From Spirogloea muscicola (Eukaryota): a stretch of DNA of 46,454 bases. The notes under the pieces were generated by a model that ran no database searches, had not been told where the DNA came from, and was given only the letters and a program-made list of their open reading frames with translations. How positions within the stretch are numbered: the stretch's first letter is position 1; every line of letters starts with the position of its first letter. Location: NCBI GenBank assembly GCA_009602725.1, contig WELB01000023.1:1-46454 (forward strand). Reading direction: 5' to 3'. Of the stretch, positions 11,670 through 26,247 are shown piece by piece. A program made the translations under genes and the position numbers.

Positions 11670-13710
11670 CCACCTCTTGGCTGATTCTTCTCAGCCACTG
11701 CCTACTGCGAGTGCCCAGTTACTTCAAGTCTTTTGGGGAAAAACAGCTCTTACAAAGTAAGGCAATGACCGTGAGAGGCCAGCCCAAAACATTCAAATAA
11801 TACCCCCAAAGTAAGGCGATGGCTGTAAGAGGCCAGCCCAAGAGGAATGAACAAGATCCAGAAGGGCTGGAAGGCGCCAAGTCTGAGAAACTAGTTTCCG
11901 TGACTTCTGCAGCCTCTGAAGGCACTGCAATACTTCGAACTTCCTCTCAAAGGGCCAGCCCACCTAGAAAGACAAGGTCCAGAATAGCCCAAAAGTGGAA
12001 AGAAGAAGCGGAAAGACCAGCCCAGAAGGACAGGACAAGGTCCGAGGGGCCGAAAGCGTAAAAGCGGGGTTCAGCAGAAGAAGCAGCTCCTCCAAAGAAG
12101 CAGTTTGGAGTACCTTTTCAGAAGGCAGCAAGTTGCTGCACAGGGCCAGCCCCAAAAGTTTGACAAGGTCCAGAAGAGACAGAAAGCGGATAGCACACTG
12201 GAAAGCAATGTATTACTAAGGATGGCCGCTCAGGAAGTCCTACTTAACAGCCGCAAGTCGGCATCTAGCAGCCGGATAGGAGGTTTTGCAGAGGGAGCAA
12301 GGACTGTGAGCCCATTAACGAATCAGAGCTTCAAGAAGAAGCCATTTTGAGGGTCCGAGGGCTGTGAAAGGCCAGTCCACATAATTATGAACGAGGTCCA
12401 GCTAGACGAAGCAGCTCTTCCAAAGGAATCGAGGGCATTCCCAGGCTCATGCTGTGTACTTGCGGGCAGGCCGCACTTTGGCTGCCGCTTCTGAGATTCG
12501 TCAGGGTGACTCTTTTCCAGCTGCAAGTTACTCCGTCTCGCGGCTGCCGAGTTGGCCGAGTTGGGTGGGGTTCACTAAGCTCCAATCCGCTGTAACACTT
12601 GCATAGCTGAGTGCTTTTCGCACCCGTCGGTCTTTTGGACCTTGTCCACGTTTGTCGGCTGGCTTTTCACAGCCCTCGCCCTTCTTGTAAGAGCCACTTG
12701 CCCTGTGAGAAGCCCAGCCCACAGACTTACGAAAATTGATGAAGTAAGAAAGAGAGAAGGCGCGCGGGGCGCATGAATTGAAAGGGAGGCCAATTCAAGC
12801 CAATACATTGTTCAGGCAGAGTCGAGTGCAGACTAAACAAGGCTACATAATACGGAGACCTAATCTAAGGTACCTAAGATGACATTAGTACCCACGGGTG
12901 AGCACAAACAAATCTGAGTAAGAAGTAAGAAAGAGAGAGAGTAAGGAAGCATCGTACCACGCAAACGAAGCAGCTCTTCGAAAGGGGGTGAGGGCTGGGA
13001 AAGAGTCGCAGGACAGCGTCAGCACTCTGGGAACGCAGGCGACACAGCAGCCACTCGTGTGGGCCTCCTGGAATTTGTAGCTGCTTTCTTTCTTTGTGTC
13101 CTGGAACAAAATTCAACGCCCTTCCAATTCAGGGCAGTGGCTGTGAAAGGCCACCTTCCTGGAACAGGAAGAAAGGGCTCGCCCATTGAGGATAGGGGCT
13201 GGACAAGCCAGCCCAAAAAAGAATGAACAAAGAACGAGAAGGGGGCCAGAGGAAGCCAGAGGACAGGGCGCTGGCGGGACGTCAGCACCGCACAAGCGCT
13301 TAGAGGGGCTGCCCACGAACGAGTCTATGACGTCTATCGTGACGTGGCCTGTATTGTGCGGGAGCGGGCTAGGTCGCTAGTAGGGCAGCGGATGCGATGC
13401 CGTCGATCTGGAAAGCCGCAAGGGGAGTAGCGGCTAGTTCAGTCCGGCCAATGGTGTCAGACAGCCCAGAAGTGGGGAAGAGCAATAGAAAGAAAGGGGA
13501 AAATCCTCCCCAAGGGGGCGAGTGAAGGGCCACGAAGTGTTAGGGGCCAAGTCGGCTGTTCCGCCAGACGCAGGGACCGCATACCAACTGTAACGTTGTA
13601 CTGCGCCCGCCATCTGCCTCGTGGTTACTGAGCGGGTCAGCTTAGCAGCAGGTGACGTACATTTGTCCAATGTGCTTGCCTTTGTACTTGGCTACACATC
13701 GCCTCCCCAT
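11670..13710. mobile_element. Nested cluster of CRE-like 3' fragments on both strands between divergent genes
   Basis: Modules at ~11780, 11835, 11955, 12020, 12147, 12372, 12715, 13145 and 13210 (minus) and 12657 (plus). Coding remnants: ETSFSDL (~11880, minus), SQAHAVYLRAGRTLAAASEIRQGDSFPAASYS (~12438-12535, plus) and SYSDLFVLTRGY* (12885, minus). 13625-13700 is similar to 1170-1240. Confidence 0.75.
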
Positions 13711-13769
13711 CTCTTAATACACTCGCATCTGCCCGGCCAGCAAGCCCCCGCAGCCGGAGCCGGAGGACC

Positions 13770-14667
13770 ATGGCCGCCATAGCCGGCGCCCCGCCGGCGG
13801 CCTGCCTCCGCGCGCGCCTGCCGGCGCGCCTGGTCGCCGTCCCTGCTCTGCCAGCGGGCCGCCCCGCCCCGCAGCGGCTCATGGTCCGCGCTGCCGAAGT
13901 GGAGGTGTGCTCCCCACCCTTGCCGCTGGCTACCGCAAAGTCCTTGGCGGACTTACGGTCGACATCAAAACCGGGCCAGATATCAAAGGCTTGCTGACTC
14001 TCCTCTGCCACCTGAGCCAGGAGATCTCGCCGCCTGGTGGGTTCGTGCATCGTCCTTGCATCTGACCGGTCTCGGGTTGGTTCCATGCACTCTGTCTGCC
14101 TTTGCTGCAGGTCACGGCCGGGTCGCCCATCAACCTCAGCATTCAAAAGGACGTCGAGAAAGTCGCCGACACTGTCAACATAGCCGAGCTCACGAAGCCA
14201 GTGACTGCTTATTGCAGGTCCATCCTCCTGGCAAAACCTGGTCTGACCTTCAAAGGGATGCCTTGATCACGGTGGCTGCTTGTGCTTGTGTGCCTCTTTC
14301 CTGGCCACCCACTCTTGGACAAGCTCCCATCTGTTAAGGGCACCCAAAGCGTCCTGCTATGCTAGGCGCTACCTTGCTGCCTCTTGATTGCAAGCCACAT
14401 ACCTCCATACTTCTGGTCCCACCTCTAGTACATCAGAGTTACCTTCTGTGAACACAGGAGCAGACCAACCACAGACATGACCTCATCATAGCTCAATGCT
14501 GACGTTGGCATCATCTGGCTAATCACTTTGTCAAGAAACTGCTGACGAGCTATCTCTTTCAATGCAGGTGCTGGAGATCTGAGACATTCCCCCTTTGCAA
14601 CGGTGCTCATGTGAAATTTAACAAGGCTACTGGAGACAATGTTGGCCCTCTTGTACTTAAGAAGTAG
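13770..14667 (+). CDS. NEET: CDGSH iron-sulfur domain protein NEET, with transit peptide
   Basis: Exons 13770-13904, 14111-14217 and 14568-14667 give ...[76 protein letters not shown], with the C-x-C-x9-C-x3-H [2Fe-2S] ligands. Confidence 0.93.
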
Positions 14668-15294
14668 AATCATGATTCCGCTACAATGCAGGGCCGGTCA
14701 GTATTCATGCTTGCTATGAGAGCATTGAGCTAGGAACCCGGCCGTGATTGAGGGCAGGGGGTATATGGAAGAGCTTTCAGAAGTAGAGAACTTACAGTAA
14801 TCATAACTCTAAGTCCGGGCAGATTTGACCGGCCAACTCACAGCTTCATTATCTAAGGAGAGTCTAGCCTTGCTCCTGCAGCAATAGCAAGGCGAAACTG
14901 GCTTGCACGCCGCATGCTGGGCGTACTTTGGCCTTTAAAGTTTGGGCTTCCCTGACAGAGGTTCCTCCACTTTGAGTCTGTATGACTTCATCATTCGACT
15001 TGGGGTTGCTGAGATGCTCAAGACGCTCCCCTAAGAGATGAACGCTGCCCTTTATTTTGTTGGTGCTACTTGCATCTTGCTTTGACATGCCCCAAATCTG
15101 TGAAGAGAGAATGCGCTCGGTGCACATGGCGTGAGAGGGAGGCCAACGTGAGCAGTCCACCTTGTAAGAGGAACAAATGAACAACTAAAAAGCTTAGCCC
15201 CAACCAGGGGCTAAATAAAGTAAGGAAACACGAAACACGAAACACAACCGAAGGGGGACTCACGAATTAGCACATATATAATTGAATTCAGCAT

Positions 15295-16438
15295 TTGTGG
15301 CCCTTCGGACCTTGTCCTTGGATTCGGGCTTTTTTTGATAGCCCTCGCCCCCTTCGGAAGTGCGTACTTCTAACGGGGGCGCCGAAGCACCACCCCAATA
15401 TGGTGCTTCGAGGCTCCTCACTTGTAGCTACTGATGAGTGGTCCATCCTACGCCCGTTCTGACATAGCGCTTTTAGGCTCCTCCGATATTTGGCCCTCGA
15501 ACCTTTGTCAATTCTTGTCGGGCTGGCTTTTCACAGCCCTTGCCCCGATTGGGAGAGCCACTTTCACCCCGCAAGCCAGTGGCCTGGCTTAGTGCGCGCC
15601 CAGCACGCTGATGTATGTCTCGAGCCCGAGAACGCTGAAGAAGTGGCTTTTCCAATGGGGGCAAGGGCTGGAAAAAGCCTGCCCGAAAAGAATTGACAAA
15701 GGTTCGAAGGGGCCAAATTACGGAGGGGCCTAAAGCACTAAGCAGCTACGAAGGGGCCTGAAGATGCTATGTCAGAACGGGGGGAGAATGGACCACTCAG
15801 TAGTAACGAGTGAGAAGCCTCAAATCCGACAGACTAGCTGTCGGGAAACTATCCCCCTGACGAAAGCCGGAGGCCGCAGCGACGGCACGGCCAGCACGCA
15901 GGGGCAAGGCGTGGGCCATGGACCGTTAAAGGGAGGCTGACAAAGAAGAAAAGGCTGACAAACGCATGCGATAAAAGAAAGAAGTGGCACTCCCAATGGG
16001 GGCAAGGGCTGCGAAAAGCCAGCCCAAAAAGAATGCACAAAGGTTCAGAGGGGCCTAAGAGCGGTGAGCAGCTACAAAGGGGCCTGAGGATGCAATGGTA
16101 AAACAGGGGGAGGATGGATCACTCAATAAGTACGAGTGAGGAGCCTCAGATCCGACAGACTAGCTGCCGGGAAGCTATCACCCTGACGAAAGCCAGAGCC
16201 CGCAGCGAGAGCACGGCCAGCTCGCAGATGCAGAGGGTGGGCCATGGACCGCTGCAGGGACACAAGAAGAAGTGGCACTCCCAATGGGGGCAAGGGCTGC
16301 GAAAAGCCAGCCCAAAAAGAATTCACAAGGGTTCAGAGGGGCCTAAGAGCGGTGAGCAGCTACAAAGGGGCCTGAGGATGCAATGGTAAAACAGGGGGAG
16401 GATGGATCACTCAATAAGTACGAGTGAGGAGCCTCAGA
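15295..16438 (-). mobile_element. Tandem and nested array of 5'-truncated CRE-like copies (mostly minus strand)
   Basis: Head-to-tail units ~15640-15972, 15973-16262 and 16264-16438, each with stem-loop and 3' UTR plus coding tail (LQRSMAH...RAGRALAA.SGFRQGDSFP..SLSDLRLLTR.Y* in the two longer units). There is an older copy at ~15565-15638 and plus-strand fragments at 15295-15565. Confidence 0.85.
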
Positions 16439-16873
16439 AGAAGGAGATGCCGAGGAAGGACTCCTCTACTCTACCAATCACCGAAGAAGGAGCCGGAAAA
16501 GTGGAGACGGCGAGGGGTGCATGACGGCAGGGAGGCGAATCCAATCCAATCCAGGACACTCATTTCTTTTGTGAGAGGGTCCGAGGGCGAGGGAACCCCT
16601 CCGGCGGTGCCGCGGGCCGCGGAACGGCCCGCGCGAGGCGAGGGGGGCGCCAGGCCCACAGGAAGGGAGCGTGTGATGAGTGATGGAGGGCCTGGCTGAC
16701 CAAGTACCGAGGCAAGGACACTGGCAGCCGCTGACGCAGAGCCCAGCCCGGCCCGCTGCCTCGAGTGGCAGCGCGCCCCGCCGCCGCAGGGCCGTCGGGG
16801 CTTGACGCCGTGCCTCGCCCTGTGCCTGGCGCGCCGCTCCCCGCCAGCCGGCCGCCTCTCGGGGCCTTCCGCC

Positions 16874-19800
16874 ATGGCCTACGGGACGGGGAATGGCGCC
16901 TTGGAGACCGAGCCGGCCGACAGGGTCAAGGACCCCGGCGAGATCCGCCTCAACGAGCTCGGCTACAAGCAGGAGCTCCGGCGCGAGCTGGTACATCATG
17001 CGCACACCCTCCCGTCTTCTCCATCCGTCTCTCTTTCGCCGAGACAAAGGCAGCAGACACTGTGCAAACCAGCTAAACCGCCATCGATCGGAACTTGTCA
17101 CACACCAAGGCAGATGAGGAGAGTCCTCTTGCATCACTGCTCGTCACTCCCAGCCATGACTCTTGAGACTTTTTCCAACTCCCCGGGCTTTAGGGAAGTG
17201 CTTGAGGCCCTGACAGCCTGTTGCCTGCATTTGCAGAACTTCATTGAGATCCTGGCTGTCTCTGTCTCGGTCATGAACCCATACATCACTGTAATTCCCT
17301 TCTACGCCATTGCCATCAGCTACGGTGGCCCTCAGAATGTCATGTGGCCGTGGTGGCCAGTCGCAGCATGCTCCATCTGCGTCGGCTTGTGTCTCTCCGA
17401 GATCTGCTCGTCATTCCCTGTAAGGCTCATGCTCTGGTTGCCGTGCAGTGCAATAGTATTTCTGACACGCCTGAGGAAGGCACAAGAGGGTAGTCAAGCA
17501 GCTAAAATGTGTGTATCTGCTGACTTTGCTGTAACAAGCCTGCACGTACTGCAACTCTTTGAGCTCCTCCTACTGCAGCAACAATGTCTTCAGAAGCAGC
17601 CTGCAAATAGCTGACAGCAGACACCTTGACATAACAACTCGATCTTCCGGAGTGCAGACCACGGGCTCCTTGTATTTCTGGGCTGCTTCTATGGCTCCGC
17701 ATAAGTGGAAGCCACTTGTCTCCTGGGTCACGGCTTGGTTTGAAGTCATTGCACTTACCGTTGGAAGTGCTTCAGTAGCATTCCCTGGTACTCATATCAC
17801 CCAAGCTAGCCCCCATTACTTCTGCGCATTCCAGCAGCGTTGAACCTAGGCGTCCACACAATCTGCATTGGCCATGACATCTTATGATTCTTAACAATTC
17901 GCTACAAATCCTATGCTGTCTCTCAAGAGATGGCCTCTCTTGTGGGACTCCCTGACTTCTCCTTAGTGCAACGCAAATAGGGCCGCATTGACAGCTTGAC
18001 ACGACAGCTGACTGTATTGTTGCTGTCCTGTAGCAACCCAGATCATTCAGCAGATCATCCTCCTGACAACTGGCACCAACAAGAATGGAGGTTACTTTGC
18101 TCCAAAGTGGTTATTCTTTCTTATATTCATGTCGCTGGAGATCCAGTGGGCTGCCTTGAACACGCTGTCCATCAAGATGGTGTCACTTTTCACCACTTTC
18201 TTTGTGTATTTTAACATTGTCTACACCGCTGCACTGGTAAATGTCATCTTTACCCTTAGAAAGAGGAGTCTCTTGTCGCAACTTGCTCGTGCGCTGCTTT
18301 CAGAGCAAGCACGTAACTGTCTCTGGGAGCACGTGAAGTTGCTTGTGAAGCATCTAAAAGGCTTCAGATGCTCAGTCTTGCAGTAGAAGTTCAGATAAGG
18401 ACATCAGCACAGATTGGTCATTGAAGTCAGTCTCGAAGAACTCTTCCACAGGTTATTATGCTGCCATTGGTGGCTCGCACCACGCAAAAGGCTTCGTATG
18501 TCTATTTCCACTACGAGGACTCATCCATTGTAACAGGTGGTCCATTGTCCCTTTGCATCATTGCATCAAATGACAGCCATCTGTTCTAAAGACTGCCCAT
18601 TATGGCAGATCTGGCCGCTTTGATGAACATTGGTACATTGATACAGAGCTGCATCGAACAGTAGGGTTCCTTCAGACAGAAGCAGCTGCTGTAGGCTTCA
18701 TGCACTTGCATGGATTCGTGCGACTTCCTTTGGACAAACCATGTGTACCTTATGCCTGCTACGTGGCTTTCAATGCAGGTGTCTCCAACACCGGCATCAA
18801 TTTCCTCTTTGCTATGCTTCTTCCCCAATTCTGTTTCTTTGGCTATGACTCCTCTGCACATGTCACAGAGGAGACTAAGAATGCTGCGTCAGCAGGCCCC
18901 AAAGCCATCATGACATCCATCTTTGTGGAACTTGTTCTTGGCTATGCCCTCCTGAATGCCTTCACTTTCAGCATTCAGGTAGCTCCTCTTACTGTGACTT
19001 GAGTCCCAGTTGATTGCTTTGCTTTACTTTACCTACTCAAAGCATCCGACCGAGACAATACAGTTACCTTCGGATATGGAGGCCGTAGATACTAGTGCTG
19101 TGACGACCATAGCTGTGATACAAGGTCAGCCAGAGGAGTGGTGTTTCCTGAAGTATCTCTGTCCTCTCAAACCTGTGACATACAAACCAATGACATACAT
19201 ACCAACAAATAAATGTTGCCTCAAATAGGGTTACTGGGCGGACCTTTTTGACCCCGCCAACGAGACTCGAGGCCTCTACCCTCCAGCTCAAATCCTCTAT
19301 GACGCCTTCCATGGCCGCTATGGATCTGGAGCAGGGGCCTACGTCTTTCTCATTCTCATGGTCATCCCATTCTATGCATCAGGTGTCCATGCTCAAAGCA
19401 TCCTTCTATGACATTGAGTGGCTTATTATTCAACAGCCACAAGACAAGATTAGGTTGGCAGTGAAGATGCCTGGAAAGTCCATCTTCTAGCATTGAGTCA
19501 TACTCAACAGCTTCTCATCACGGTTTCCTTCTGGAGTCAAGGCTCTTGCATACCTTCACTTTTGCTAGGCCTTGACAATCTCCATGGCTCATGGTGTCAG
19601 GTGTTGGAGGAGTATTGGCTGCTGCAAGAGCCCTTTATGCTACATCACGTGATGGGGCCATGCCTGCTTCCTGGTTGTGGAGAAAGCTCAACAAGGCACA
19701 AGTTCCTGTATATGCAGCATGGCTAGTGGCATTCATCTGCACCCTTATTTGTCTGCCTAATTTTGGGTACTCCACAGTCTTCTCATTCTCACTTCTTTTG

Positions 19801-20699
19801 CATTGCATGTCATCAGGAAATAGGTGTCTGCTAGGAGGTAGCTGTCTGGCTTGAGTCCTTCTTTTAGCATTCCCGTTGGTGCCATCATCAAGGTCCATGC
19901 TTTGTGGATTGGAGAATATGCACATGCTTCACTGACAGAAAGTTGCATCGGGAAGGACCAGACAGGGAGAGGGGTGTAGCTAGCAAACAGCGAGCAATCA
20001 GTTGAGCAATCTGACATTCATTGTACTTCATTGTGCTTCATGAGCAGTACGACAGTAGCGTTCAACGCAATTGTCAGTGTGGCTACGATTGCATGGGTGG
20101 GGACATATGGCGTGCCCATCTTCTTCCGACTCATCCTTCCCAACGAAGAGTTCAACAGGGGTCCATTCCATCTGGGTGCCTTCAGCAAGCCGCTGTGCTT
20201 CATCTCACTCTGCTACATCGTTTACACTTGTGGCATCTTCATGGTTCCGCTCACATATCCTGTAACGTGGAACAACTACAATTATGGCCCGATTGGTGAG
20301 CTATCAGTTGCTTGCTGTCTTACCACTTGCCGAGCTGCTGGAATGAGCTGCCCTCACGTGTCGAAGCAGGGAGCTGGATCAAGCAGAGTGTGCATATAGA
20401 TATGGCATCTCTTGGCTTGGAGTGCCTGCCAATGCATGCATACAAAGCATTCTTCTATCTCCAACTCGCAGTAGCTGTCTGCTCTCCTTTGTTTCAAGTA
20501 TCCAGTTGAAGGTCATGTGCATCAATGCCCTATCTCATCGACACTTGGCTTGCCTGCAGCCTCTGGCCTCGTCCTTGCGGGCGCGCTGCTTTGGTTTGCA
20601 CTTGATGCACGCAAGTGGTTCCACGGCCCTGTGCGCAACATCGACATGTCAATGTCCAAGGGCGATAACTTCCAACCTGTCAAGCAAGTCATGGCATGA
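16874..20699 (+). CDS. Amino-acid/GABA permease, BAT1/GABP-like (APC superfamily, ACT family), 10 exons
   Basis: DPGEIRLNELGYKQELRREL; ISYGGP...GLCLSEICSSFP TTGSLYFWAASMA; LTTGTNKNGGYFAPKW; GYDSSAHVTEETKNA; ARALYATSRDGAMP; GPFHLG; YPVTWNNYNYGP; DARKWFHGPVRNID. Introns are GT-AG. Confidence 0.93.
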
Positions 20700-21819
20700 G
20701 GGACTGCACATCTACACGAACCTCTCCATTTGCTATCATCCAGCATCTTGTGACAGTTTCCCTATATCTTGTACAATATTTACTGGGCCAGTTGCAGGCT
20801 TGGTCACCTGCAAAAGGAAGGTGGGGAACTGGAAGGCTGCTATTGACGAGAAGAAGTACATTACCATACATTACATTAAATACATACGTTACCTAACGTT
20901 ACGTTACACACATACATTGTCTAGAAACCATGACATCATTCAGAGGTATATATGCTAGTCGGCCAACTAGTTAGGAGTATGCTCTCAACAGGAATCGAGC
21001 ATCTCGTGCATATAATCTGGCTTAAGCTAGGTGCCATAGTGATACGCAGTCAATAAGATTACCTTATAGTGTGCACCAGTCACTCTCAGGCAATTTTACA
21101 CATAGATCAGAAGCAGCCATAATCATGTCACAACAATTCTTGCTCCGAGCTGTCCTGCTACTATTGCCTTGAGGCTGGCAGTGACAGTCACCTGGAGCCT
21201 CAGAGAGGACTTGCAAAGCTGTGCTACCACAGCTTTGCAACTTTTACATTGTTATATAGATGACTATATGAATACATATCCTGCAGTGCTGCAATTGTGC
21301 AATATAGTTGCTGCTGCTTGTCATATTGAAAGCCCTCCTGTCTGCAAGTGGGTCCAGTGACATCATGTGTACACATGCAAGCAATGACCATGAAGGCATG
21401 AGATACTCCTGCTGGTCCTTCACCAAGCTGGGGCAATTTGCAGTCAAGCAGCACATGACATGCAGCAAAATATGGTTGAGAATGTGTCTAACAAACACAA
21501 GGGACTAAGCTCCATCAGCATAATGAGGAGTTCTATGATTGGTTGCTACTTTGCACAGGCCTATGGAAGTCACTGAAGATTGTTGCTGTAACGTGGTGCC
21601 AATACGCGAGTTGAAAGTACACAAGCATGTCCAGCAGTCCAGCATGCGGCAAGGATTCTGCCACAGTCCTTGCAAGCTGTGCAAATTAGGAGAGCTCCAA
21701 GGGTCATGTTGACTCGTTCTAATCTAGTTGGGTGCCTCTGCAATGGACTTCATCCTGTATATCCTCTACAATATGTTGACACGACGGGAAGGTACAGTGG
21801 CCAATTTGGCCCAGAAGAG

Positions 21820-21931
21820 AAAAGCGCGGCCGAATTGACTGGTGGCTGGGAGAAGCCAGCCCAAAAGGAATGGACAAGGTCAAGAGGAGCCGAATGGCGC
21901 AGAAAGCAGGGGACTAAGTGCTAAGACCGAA
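21820..21931 (-). mobile_element. 112-bp solo insertion of the retroelement 3' end with 11-bp TSD, in the TAF13 3' region
   Basis: Direct repeat GCCCAGAAGAG at 21809-21819 and 21932-21942 flanks a module closely similar to the 593-653 insertion. Confidence 0.85.
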
Positions 21932-21998
21932 GCCCAGAAGAGGATGTGCAGGACTCTTCTAAGTTTCATCTTTCATGTGCTTGTTCTTCATGTGCTGT

Positions 21999-24130
<2,132 letters not shown>

Positions 24131-25464
24131 GCCGCGGGCCTGGGTGGCGCCGCCACGCGGGACGCCGGGCCGGAGCCTCCGCGCGAGGAAGCCGTCGCCG
24201 AGCCCCTCGCCACCAACGGCGAGGCTCCGAGCCCGCCGGCTGGAGAGGCAGCCGGCGGCGCGGGTGGCGCTGCAGCCGCTGACAAGCCCCTGCCGGCGTC
24301 GTCGACCCTGCCCGGGAGCCGCAGCAGCGGCGTCAGCACCGAGGAGTTCTACGACGCCGCCGACAACTCGCTTGACGGTACGTCTCACATACTGGTGGCG
24401 GCTTGGCATCCAAGCCTTCCCATCCACCCTATCCACTTATTGAGCCACTGGACCCGTGTTAGTGGACTCTCGTGGCCCGTGCTCGTTTTCGTCAGTCAGC
24501 TCTCGCTGCTTGGCCGTGCTTGCAGAGTACTCTAGCGACGACGACAGCATGCGGTCTGGCGCGAGGACGCAGCCGTGGCGTGACAGAAGCCGCAGCGCCA
24601 GCGGCCGGCGGACTGAGTCGCAGCAACGGGCACTCGGGAAGGAGCCCCTTGAGAAGACATCGTCGGAGCTGGGCGATACCACGAGGACGCCCGTCGGCGC
24701 GGGAACGCGCCATGCTCAGGCTGGCCCCGCAGAGCCGGCCAGTTCCGCTGTGTACGAGGAAGGATCTGGGAGAAGTACTGGTGCTGCGGAGAGCGTTGAA
24801 GCGGCTGATGCAGATACGGCCGGCGTTAGCTTCTGGCCAGCAGGTACGAGCGTGGAGCAGCAGCAGGGCAGGGCTCCGAAAGGAGGGACAGCAATCCCAG
24901 GAGCCGCCAGTGGTGAGGACTTGGCAGCTATGCTTGCCAAGAAGGAGCGTGAGATTGCACGCCTCAAGGACAAGCTGCAGTACATCGAGCGGATGAATGA
25001 TGAGATGTCGCAGCGAAATCAAGGTCGGTTGTAGCCCAAGTCTGGTCACTGCTTGTGTCCTGCAAGTCTAGGTGCCGACTTCAGCGAGAGCTGTGCTCAA
25101 CATGCTCGTAAGAAGGATTTCAATCAGCAGCAGGGATGGCTGCCTCACTAGTGCAACTAGCTTAGATGCTTCAGCCGCTTGATATTGAGTTGCTCAGGGT
25201 CTAAGCTAACAGCAGTCTCAGGGACCGTATTTGAATTGTGCAGAGCTGGCGCGAGCGCGTCGCTGGCAGCGACAGCTGCGGTCGAAGCTCTTCAATTACC
25301 TGTTTGGAGCAGCGCTGATTGCTGGAGTAACAGGCGCGGCAGCTTTTGCCATAAAAACGTGGGCACCTGAAGCCGTTAATTGGTGGAAGGATCCCGGTGC
25401 AGAGCCGGAAAATGCCACTCATACAGATCATGCCTCAAGTGTTAGAATCAAAGAGCAGGATTAG
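24131..25464 (+). CDS. Tail-anchored coiled-coil protein with FFAT-like motif (resembles plant At3g50910/At5g66480-type proteins); 5' partial
   Basis: Exons <24131-24377 (...STEEFYDAADNSLD), 24526-25023 (...LAKKEREIARLKDKLQYIERMNDEMSQRNQ) and 25244-25464 (ELARARRWQRQLRSK, hydrophobic LFNYLFGAALIAGVTGAAAFAI, then stop). Confidence 0.75.
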
Positions 25465-26247
25465 ATTGCAGTGACAAGTTGCGTCCCAAGGATGCGCATT
25501 TGACATACTAGTAGCAGCACCTAATGATTCTCTTTACATCAGCTTGTTTTCTAACCTTGCCTTTCAATGACAGTAGCTTAATGAGGGCGCAATGAATCCT
25601 TTGTGTCTGGTGAGGGATGCCTGGCTGAAGCTCTGAGTCATTGAGACAGCAACAAGTTGAGCGGATGTCACCGTTCACTACCTCGTCCACCTATGCCAAT
25701 TTGCCCATAAGACTCTCTAGACATTATTAGAAACACCTCCCACACAGTTGTTCCCCAGCCCAAAACCTCATCTCGTTCTCACGGTGCCCAGGCACTGCTG
25801 AGCATCCGCCAGCTGCTATTGAATATCTGCATTGCGGTACTTCTTGTCTTTGTGTTCCTCAATAGACAAGTACTATGATGCTTCATGTTCTGGGTTTCTG
25901 CAGGGCTGCTTTGATCAAGTGAGTGCAACTTTGGCTCCATACGGAAATTTGACGCTCCAGGGCCATGCAATCAGTCAGACTGCAACCTATACTCAAAATA
26001 GGGGTGCTGTCTGAGGGGCGCACATGCTTGCGTGCAGGACCTAGTGATGGACATGTCTCATGTTTCCAAGCTCCTGCTTGTTAGCACAGCGACCTGAACC
26101 TGCCTGCCTTCATTGACAAGCAATGGGTTATGTGCTAGACTGATTGGGGCACAGTCGCCGCTGTGCATTGCCACCGAAGGTAGGTTGTTTGAGTTGTAGG
26201 AGGGGAAACGGCCATGTTAAAAGGGGATGTGCTGCCACCAACAAATG

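Noticed and set aside
14864..15184. 106-aa minus-strand ORF downstream of NEET
   Set aside because: No recognisable motifs and no supporting upstream exon.
15431..15445. CTGATGAG resembling a hammerhead ribozyme core
   Set aside because: It aligns with the element's stop-codon region (TACTGAGTGG in other copies), with no matching GAAA and stems.
20857..20920. Degenerate TACAT/ACGTT pentamer run (also GGC run at 32-52 and ATT-rich tract at ~3680-3720)
   Set aside because: Ordinary low-complexity microsatellite sequence.
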